Shown here: one piece after another, positions 39,741 through 46,590 of the stretch
Layout of the letters: the number at the start of each line of letters is the position of its first letter
Position numbering within the stretch: position 1 is the first letter of the stretch
DNA from: a virus
Length of the DNA stretch: 64,000 nt
Reading direction: 5' to 3' (one strand)
IMG/VR virus record: IMGVR_UViG_3300042731_007874
The notes under the pieces: generated by a model
The model's database searches: none
Told to the model about the DNA's origin: nothing
What the model saw: the letters and a program-made list of their open reading frames with translations, nothing else
Position numbers and translations under genes: made by a program

Positions 39741-40598
39741 CTAATAATTTATTAATATTTGTTTTGTTATTTGGCTTAAGTCTATCTCTTTAATATTTTT
39801 GTGAAAAAGATCTCCATTTATAGATACTATATTAACCTCTTTGTTGGCCCATCTTCCTCCTTCAGCTTGTTTATTCTTTCTGAAGATTCTAGCCCAGTTT
39901 TTAGGAACAATAATAGTACTAGGTTTATTATAAATCCAAGAAGCACAAGAATAAGCAGACCAGCAACCAACAAAACTGTGTTGTTTAGAAGCTAGAACTG
40001 CTCCTACTCTTGCATTTGTTTTATTTACTAGATTAATAAGTCCTTCTCTTTCATACAAAAACGACTCGCGCATTTGGTAAGAAGAATTTTTGTTTTTTCG
40101 GGTATAAGTTCCTCCTAACACAACTATATTTAACTTTGTTTTTGTTATTAAGGAATCAATAATAGGAATAAAGTCATTAGCCTCTAAACACATTCTTTGT
40201 CTTTCTCCAGCAAAAGGATGTATTAATATAAAAGGCCCTTTAGAAATAATTTTGTTTATTTGCTCATTATCTTTATCTGATAAATAAACTTTGTTCTTTC
40301 TTTTTTCTAAGTTTTTTAATGTTTTTACTTTTGTATATTTTTTTTTATGTCTTCTCCATAAGGAATTTCCATCTAAAACCCAACCATATTCTTTAACTTT
40401 ATAAATATGTGGATTGTATTTAAGAAGTTCTTCTACTTGAGGATTATGAGTAGAAGAAAAAACTTTTACTTTAGAATCGGGATATTTCTCTTTTAGTGCT
40501 TCAAGTCTATCCCATCCATTATGTCCATCAAGATAATACCAAAAAACATCCCCAAGTCCTCCTCCTAAAGTCAACATAAAAGTTTTATTTTCTGCCAT
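39741..40598 (-). CDS. GT-B glycosyltransferase, GT9-like (paralog B)
   Basis: GGGLGDV, ELLKYNPHI, FILIHPFAG, NLVNKTNAR, FVGCWSA. Confidence 0.75.
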   Translation of the reverse strand: MAENKTFMLTLGGGLGDVFWYYLDGHNGWDRLEALKEKYPDSKVKVFSSTHNPQVEELLKYNPHIYKVKEYGWVLDGNSLWRRHKKKYTKVKTLKNLEKRKNKVYLSDKDNEQINKIISKGPFILIHPFAGERQRMCLEANDFIPIIDSLITKTKLNIVVLGGTYTRKNKNSSYQMRESFLYEREGLINLVNKTNARVGAVLASKQHSFVGCWSAYSCASWIYNKPSTIIVPKNWARIFRKNKQAEGGRWANKEVNIVSINGDLFHKNIKEIDLSQITKQILINY

Positions 40599-40610
40599 GA
40601 TTTGTTTTCT

Positions 40611-42578
40611 TTATAAAATTTGTAAAATCATTTGTTTGATTTTTTCTGGTTTAATTATTTCTAAACATCTAGAATATTGAGACAAACTCCTTTTATATTG
40701 ACACTTTATTGAGCTATTTCTCCAACAAGGAATACATTCTAATCCTGCTTTTACAACAGTAACAGATTTATATCCTTTACATCTAGCTCTATAATCAATA
40801 GGGCCAAATAGGGTAATTACAGGCATCTCGTAAGAAGCAGCAATATGAAGAGGTCCTGTATCTACAGTGAAAAGTAAATCTGAATATTTCATAACAGCCA
40901 TTGCCTGTCTAAAAGATAAATCTTTAAGGTTTTGGGTTCCTTTTATATAGTCTCCCCTAACAAGAATATTATATTTATCTTTTAAACCGCCTACTAGAGT
41001 TTTATAATATGTTTCTGGCCAGTTTCTATAAAGTTCAGCACTGCTTAAGACAATAAAAAGAGTTTTTTTATCAGTATTGATGTTTTCTTTTTTCCATTTT
41101 TCTGCCCAAAACAATTCTTCTTCTTTAGGATAGTATCTTGGTTTCAGGTCTGTAATTAAATTTCTAACTCCAAGAGCTTCCGCGAAAACCTCAACCCGAC
41201 TTTTCTCGACAGATTTACTTAGACTTACTCTTGTGCTTTCATAATGCGCACAAGGAGAAGATATATCAAATATAAGAGAATATCTTCTGTAATTAATAGA
41301 ATCTTCTGTTGTAAAAACTTTTTCAACATTAGGGTCTGTTTCTACAATTCCTTTTATAAAAGGTTGAACCTGTAAGTGAATTTGATGATTAGGATATTTT
41401 CTTTTAACAGCCTCTATTCCATTTGAGGCCATTATAATATCACCAATTCCAGAAGTTTTTCTTCTTATAAGAATAATCTTATCTGATCTGAAGTCGGAAC
41501 GATTTTGTTTTTGAATTATTTGTGTGTTTAAAGGTTCTAGTAATTTTTTATAAATAGCCTCTTCTACTTGTTCTGCTGTAATTGTAGTTAAACAAGACAA
41601 ATGAGCTTCTTTACTTGACGATCTAATACATCTTGGAGAATACCAACAGGGAAAATGCGGACATCTTTGTTTTGCTAGAACAACAGAAGCATTGGAATAA
41701 TGATTTACTCTACTTTGAGGAGGGATAGGCCCAAAAATAGTAACTATCTTTTTTTCAAGCGCTCCCGCCAAATGAAGAATACTACTATCTGGAGCAACTA
41801 CTACATCGCATTGATCTAAAATTGCAGCAGTATCAGCAATACTTCGATCAAAAAAACCAAAGACTCTTTCAGGAAGATTAGTCCATTTACTAACAGTTCC
41901 TGTCCAGTCTAACAACAAAACTCTATTTTTAGGATTGTTTGAGAGTAACGTATATAGTTCTTTAACTTTTTCAAATGGCCAAGTTCGTCTAGCGTCATTA
42001 CTTCTAGTCTGAATTGCGATAAGATTGAGATCTGCCCTTTCTTCTCCTAAAAGATATTTTTCTTTAATTTCTTTTGAAGCAGAAAGTTTTTCTTCTTTTG
42101 TTATTACGTAAAGAGGCACAGGGTCTTCTTCTACCGAAAGCCCAACCGCTTCCGCAAATAAATCAATTCTATTAGGGGGGATATCTCCAATCTTTTCTTT
42201 TATCAGGCCAGTAGTCGTAACATCAACAGAATAATCATATTCTTGAGGAATCGCTTCTTTAGATGCGATTAGCTGATCTACTACTGGACAGTGTTGAATT
42301 ATTTCAGCAAGAGAACCTTGTGCGTAAATGAGATCTGTGGCATATGTCAAAATACATTTTGGGAGTATTTTCTTGATTTTCTTTAATAACGGAGTTGTCA
42401 TTAAGACATCTCCAATCCCACCAAGTCTTCGGTTAATTAAGATAGAGGGTGTTTCTTTTTTAAGAAGTTTGTCTAGTTGAAGAGGATTTGTGACAGGTTT
42501 TTTCCTTTTAGAAGAAATATTTATTACCCGGGCAGGAACTGGAGAAAATATTCCATGTCGATTTCTAATAGATTTCAT
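40611..42578 (-). CDS. Tandem two-domain GT9 (ADP-heptose-type) glycosyltransferase
   Basis: Two RR..GIGD starts, two PPNR.D.FA/KSRVEVFA motifs, two DSS.LHLAGA/DTGPLHIAA motifs, two IFGP motifs and two C..CW...C-x11-C tails. Confidence 0.88.
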   Translation of the reverse strand: MKSIRNRHGIFSPVPARVINISSKRKKPVTNPLQLDKLLKKETPSILINRRLGGIGDVLMTTPLLKKIKKILPKCILTYATDLIYAQGSLAEIIQHCPVVDQLIASKEAIPQEYDYSVDVTTTGLIKEKIGDIPPNRIDLFAEAVGLSVEEDPVPLYVITKEEKLSASKEIKEKYLLGEERADLNLIAIQTRSNDARRTWPFEKVKELYTLLSNNPKNRVLLLDWTGTVSKWTNLPERVFGFFDRSIADTAAILDQCDVVVAPDSSILHLAGALEKKIVTIFGPIPPQSRVNHYSNASVVLAKQRCPHFPCWYSPRCIRSSSKEAHLSCLTTITAEQVEEAIYKKLLEPLNTQIIQKQNRSDFRSDKIILIRRKTSGIGDIIMASNGIEAVKRKYPNHQIHLQVQPFIKGIVETDPNVEKVFTTEDSINYRRYSLIFDISSPCAHYESTRVSLSKSVEKSRVEVFAEALGVRNLITDLKPRYYPKEEELFWAEKWKKENINTDKKTLFIVLSSAELYRNWPETYYKTLVGGLKDKYNILVRGDYIKGTQNLKDLSFRQAMAVMKYSDLLFTVDTGPLHIAASYEMPVITLFGPIDYRARCKGYKSVTVVKAGLECIPCWRNSSIKCQYKRSLSQYSRCLEIIKPEKIKQMILQIL

Positions 42579-42584
42579 TTATTA

Positions 42585-43151
42585 TTATTTTTTCATATAC
42601 TCTAATTCTATAACAGGTTCAAAATACTCGTCAGTGTCTCGTTCTTCCTTAGATCCGACTCCCCAAGCATGAGTTTGAATAAATGGAGTCCCTATTCCAC
42701 TGGAAGTAAAAGTAATTACAAGATCTGTTATATTTACTCTAGAGTCTGAAAAGAGATCTGCAAGTCTTTCTGCAATAACAGGAAGTTCTGTTGCTCGATT
42801 TATATTAAGCTGGTTAACTTTTCCTCCAGTAACTGGTTTCTGAGTGGGATAAGCACCAAGAGAAATTCGGACCATAAAGAGAGTTGGTCTAGACTTAAGA
42901 AGCATCAGAAAAAACTTTTGCAGATCTTCTTCTTCCATCTCTCGAATCTTTGTCATTCCTGGAAAAGTGATTTTATCAGGATCGTCAAATAAAATTACCT
43001 CATGGGCTCTTTTCTGATGCCTCTCATTTATTGCCTCAACAATATCAAGCTGGTTTACTGCTTGTTCTGCTTCTTTCAGATGACTTGGGTTTCGGTAGAA
43101 AATACCATTTTTCATAATATCTTCTGGTTTGTATCCATTAGGAATTCGCAT
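42585..43151 (-). CDS. Hypothetical protein
   Basis: 188 aa ORF with SD GGAGG, tightly packed; no recognised motif. Confidence 0.55.
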   Translation of the reverse strand: MRIPNGYKPEDIMKNGIFYRNPSHLKEAEQAVNQLDIVEAINERHQKRAHEVILFDDPDKITFPGMTKIREMEEEDLQKFFLMLLKSRPTLFMVRISLGAYPTQKPVTGGKVNQLNINRATELPVIAERLADLFSDSRVNITDLVITFTSSGIGTPFIQTHAWGVGSKEERDTDEYFEPVIELEYMKK

Positions 43152-43698
43152 AAATACCTCCTATTTGTTTTAGTTTTTTACTTAAACTTTCTCTACTTAT
43201 ATTAGTTTCCTCTGCTAGTTTTTCTTGTGTAATGTCTTGGTCACAAGATAAAATTAAGTATATCAGATATTTGTCTGATTTAGAAAAGTTTTTTAACCAT
43301 TTTGTCTCAAATAATATTTTTTCTGACCAGTAATATTCTTCTTCTAAATTGTAATCTCCTTCTTTCTTAATAAAAATATCTTCTATAGAATATTTTTTGT
43401 CTAAGACTCGTTTATAATTATTAAATTCCCACTCAGTCATTTTTGATAGATAAGGAATTATACTACTTCTTTCTGAGTTGTATTTTCTTAACAATCTATT
43501 ACAGAAAAGATAGATCTCGCTGTTAGCTTCTTCAGGTTCTAGCCTATAAGTGTGTATGAAAGAATTTTTTATCCAACTAAGATTTGGTTTTAAAAGCCGC
43601 CAAAAAAGATTTAGTTTCTTGTTAAAAGGATATTCTTTTTTTCTAAGAATAGGTTCTAGTTCTCTTAAGACCTCTGCTTTTTTTGATGGAATTAACAT
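43138..43698 (-). CDS. RNA polymerase sigma-factor-like protein
   Basis: Region-2-like EEANSEIYL....LRKYNSERS.IIPYL and C-terminal HTH ITQEKLAEETNISRESLSKKL. Confidence 0.6.
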   Translation of the reverse strand: MLIPSKKAEVLRELEPILRKKEYPFNKKLNLFWRLLKPNLSWIKNSFIHTYRLEPEEANSEIYLFCNRLLRKYNSERSSIIPYLSKMTEWEFNNYKRVLDKKYSIEDIFIKKEGDYNLEEEYYWSEKILFETKWLKNFSKSDKYLIYLILSCDQDITQEKLAEETNISRESLSKKLKQIGGIYANS

Positions 43699-44292
43699 TT
43701 ATTCCCAATTCTTAATAAGTCCTTTAAATTGTTGAGTCAAACTATCGTACAATAAATATTTATATCCAAGTTTTTGACAAAAGGCAATGTCTTTTTTCTT
43801 ATATTTGTTATAAAGGACTACTGTTGTTTCTTTAAATTCTTTTGGATAGTGTTTCTTTAATCGACGAAGTTTCTTTCGGGCTTGGCCGTCCATATATCCT
43901 TTTATCTCATAATATCCTGCTGGAAATAGTTTGTTTTTCCCTATTATCTCAAAGTCCATTATATAGACAAAAGGAGTACTCTTATATCCATAGTCGTAAA
44001 AATTAAAAACTCTCTCTTCGTATTTCCATTTAGCTTTGACAAAATTCAGTATTCTTGCAAAGTTTGCTTCTGTCGCAGACCTAAAAGAATAAGAAGGATG
44101 AATGTCTTTTCTAATTCCTTTCTTCATCTTAGTATAAGATTCTGTCAAGGTCATGGTTTTTCTTTTTTTAGGAACTCCTTTATGACAATTCACGCAAACA
44201 ATAGGAATATTCATAGAATAAATTGCTGAAATATAGCAAATTATTTTCCTACACTGACTACACCTAATTGGAATTTGTTTTTGTTTTGTCAT
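43699..44292 (-). CDS. Zn-finger PD-(D/E)XK endonuclease (T7 endonuclease I/DUF1064-like)
   Basis: CxxC...CxxC N-terminus; FRSATEANFAR, WKYE, MDF...YEIKG catalytic pattern. Confidence 0.75.
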   Translation of the reverse strand: MTKQKQIPIRCSQCRKIICYISAIYSMNIPIVCVNCHKGVPKKRKTMTLTESYTKMKKGIRKDIHPSYSFRSATEANFARILNFVKAKWKYEERVFNFYDYGYKSTPFVYIMDFEIIGKNKLFPAGYYEIKGYMDGQARKKLRRLKKHYPKEFKETTVVLYNKYKKKDIAFCQKLGYKYLLYDSLTQQFKGLIKNWE

Positions 44293-45277
44293 TAATACTG
44301 TGTAGTTGGCTTTTGTTCTGTATCTTGCGAGTTACCCATTTGTATTTCCTTTTTGGTTTTGGCTTTGCAAGACAAACTTTATTTTCCTTTATCTCTTTAT
44401 CTATCTTTTCTTTTAATAAATCTCTAGTTAAATCTTCATCATATCTTATTCTAATTAAAGAGATATTATTTTCTAGACAATATTTTGACTTTTGACTATC
44501 TCTTTCCTTTGCTTTTTCAAAAGATTTCTTATCTTTATGGAAGAAATTAGAAAACTTAAAATGTTGTATTCCATCAAACTCAAAAGCAAGTTGGAGAGCT
44601 GGGATAAAAAAGTCTAATCTTAAATTATTTGGAATTATATATTCAGATTCTATCTTGTAATTAGGGAATAGATCTTTTAATAATTTAAGTATTTTGTCAT
44701 TTCCAACAGAAGAAGTCCTTTTAATCTTTGCTGGAATTTTCTCTTGCTTGATTAGTTCTTTTATCTGAGCTGGAATCTTGTTGAAATAAGCAGCTACTTC
44801 AAAAAGAGTAACGTTGTTTGAGAAGATATAGTCTTTAACTAATTCTTTTTGAGTATCAGTCCAAGTACAGTTAAGTAATCCTTCTCTTTCGAGAGCGGCC
44901 ATGATAGACGTTCTCTTGCGATTTAACTGCTTTGTTATACTCCCTATACTAGTACCATAGAAAGCAAGCCTACGAAGCTTCTGAAGGTCCTCAGAAGACC
45001 ACCAAGAATCCTTCTTGAGAGCTAGACTTGATGCTTTTGTTTCAATTGCTTTTACAGATCTATTAAGAATTTTTTCTATGTTTTTATTTGAAAGATCCGG
45101 ATAAAGTTCTTTTAGTTTTTTTACTTCAGCTTTTGACCACCAATATAGTTCTGGATCTACCTTATGTTGTTTAAGAATATAGAATATAGAGCCAATTGAA
45201 TAGCCTGTTTGCTTACTTAACTTGGAAGTTGATACCTTTCCATAGTTCTTTAGGATATATTCTTCTTGAGAGTTCAT
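44264..45277 (-). CDS. HTH/Myb-repeat protein with C-terminal Vsr/DUF559-like endonuclease
   Basis: Repeats WSKAEVKKL, WSSEDLQKL, WTDTQKELV; LRLDFFIP..QLAFEFDGIQH...RD..K..YC...I.LIRI. Confidence 0.75.
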   Translation of the reverse strand: MNSQEEYILKNYGKVSTSKLSKQTGYSIGSIFYILKQHKVDPELYWWSKAEVKKLKELYPDLSNKNIEKILNRSVKAIETKASSLALKKDSWWSSEDLQKLRRLAFYGTSIGSITKQLNRKRTSIMAALEREGLLNCTWTDTQKELVKDYIFSNNVTLFEVAAYFNKIPAQIKELIKQEKIPAKIKRTSSVGNDKILKLLKDLFPNYKIESEYIIPNNLRLDFFIPALQLAFEFDGIQHFKFSNFFHKDKKSFEKAKERDSQKSKYCLENNISLIRIRYDEDLTRDLLKEKIDKEIKENKVCLAKPKPKRKYKWVTRKIQNKSQLHSINDKTKTNSN

Positions 45278-45585
45278 TTTGTAGATTTAATAGAAGGATA
45301 TGGATTTTTAAAAATTGGAATCTGCATAGTCAATAGCCCTTGCTCTTCACAAAATTGGTTTAGTTCGTTAAAGATTTGGTCGTCTTCAATTGTTTGGTCA
45401 GTTCCAGAAGTAATATCATGATAATGAATACTTTGAGTAAGCTGATCAACAATAACCATATATCGTCTAACTCCTAAAGATATGGTTGCTTTATGCTCAA
45501 ACCTATAATAGTCTGTAATATTAAGGTTTTTATCCGGATATTCTAAAGGAAACCGTCTGCTGTCAATTATTCTAAAGTTTGACAA
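45274..45585 (-). CDS. Hypothetical protein
   Basis: 103 aa, overlapping both neighbours in a coupled array. Confidence 0.55.
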   Translation of the reverse strand: MSNFRIIDSRRFPLEYPDKNLNITDYYRFEHKATISLGVRRYMVIVDQLTQSIHYHDITSGTDQTIEDDQIFNELNQFCEEQGLLTMQIPIFKNPYPSIKSTK

Positions 45586-46289
45586 TAGTTACACCTCCAG
45601 CAATTATAAAAATTCATATAAGAAACTTTTTTGCTAATTCCAGACTCAATAAAGTCTAAAGTCTTTTTAAGTTGTTGAAAATCTTCTCTTCTATATGAAA
45701 TTGTTTTCGACAACAGCTTCTGTTTTTTGCTATCAATTACTATGTATATTAATTTTATAATTTTATGACTATTATAAAAAGAATATATTTTAGAAAGAAG
45801 ATTTAAATTAAGAGCAAGTTCTTTAGAAGTTTTCGTCTCTTTTCCGAATTCGATAATTATTAAATTCTTTTCTTTTATATTTAAGTCTATCTTTAAAAGA
45901 CTTATATGGTTTGAAACAATACTTCTTCCAATCTGTATTTCTTTTTCAATGTCAACACCAGCAGTAGGATGAAATAGATCTGTAACTTCATATTTGCAAT
46001 AGTCTGTAAATATTTTGGCGGCGTGAACAGAAAGATCTTGAGCTTCTTTTATAGGTATTCTGTTTTTTATTACTGTTGGCCACCAAGTATTGTCCCATTG
46101 TCTTATTAGTTTTCTATTTGTAACTTCACTATCTTTTAGTAGACAAGCTAGTTCTGTTTTCTTTATTGTTTGAATAATGGTTTTTTCAAATGAAGAAAAA
46201 TCCTTTTCTAATGGAATCTTCTTTATGTTGCTCGCCCATAAATATGGGCAAAAACTAAAAATTTCAAAATCCTTTGAGGTTAATCTCAT
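45567..46289 (-). CDS. Degenerate Cas4/AddB-like PD-(D/E)XK protein
   Basis: N-terminal FCPYLW and C-terminal NCWRCNYC cysteine bracket; KIDL...IIEFGK in place of canonical IDL...DYK. Confidence 0.55.
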   Translation of the reverse strand: MRLTSKDFEIFSFCPYLWASNIKKIPLEKDFSSFEKTIIQTIKKTELACLLKDSEVTNRKLIRQWDNTWWPTVIKNRIPIKEAQDLSVHAAKIFTDYCKYEVTDLFHPTAGVDIEKEIQIGRSIVSNHISLLKIDLNIKEKNLIIIEFGKETKTSKELALNLNLLSKIYSFYNSHKIIKLIYIVIDSKKQKLLSKTISYRREDFQQLKKTLDFIESGISKKVSYMNFYNCWRCNYCQTLE

Positions 46290-46462
46290 TCTATAAAATT
46301 ATCTAGTATCTCAAATTCATTAAAAAGATCGTCTTCTTCTTCTTCGTAGTCTTTGTTCCGAAATCTATCTAACGTATAATTTGCAGAACAATGTGGACAT
46401 TGATCATGATATTTTGGAGTTGTTTCTCCACATTCAATACAATAATAAATATATTTACCCAT
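46286..46462 (-). CDS. 58-aa zinc-ribbon protein (below ORF-track cutoff)
   Basis: Translated by hand: MGKYIYYCIECGETTPKYHDQCPHCSANYTLDRFRNKDYEEEEDDLFNEFEILDNFIE; SD GAGGAG; ATGA overlap with the next gene. Confidence 0.7.
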   Translation of the reverse strand: MGKYIYYCIECGETTPKYHDQCPHCSANYTLDRFRNKDYEEEEDDLFNEFEILDNFIE

Positions 46463-46589
46463 CTTTATTAAGCTTCTCCTCTAATAGATCTGCAATTTTT
46501 TCTAAGTTGTGATTAAATTCATCTAAGAAAGATGTATAATTTAAAGTAATTAAAATAAATTTAAATCCTTCTAAAAATGGTTTCCACAT
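46455..46589 (-). CDS. 44-aa hypothetical protein (below ORF-track cutoff)
   Basis: MWKPFLEGFKFILITLNYTSFLDEFNHNLEKIADLLEEKLNKDG; fills the gap exactly between primase and the Zn-ribbon gene; GGAG upstream. Confidence 0.45.
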   Translation of the reverse strand: MWKPFLEGFKFILITLNYTSFLDEFNHNLEKIADLLEEKLNKDG

Positions 46590-46590
46590 G

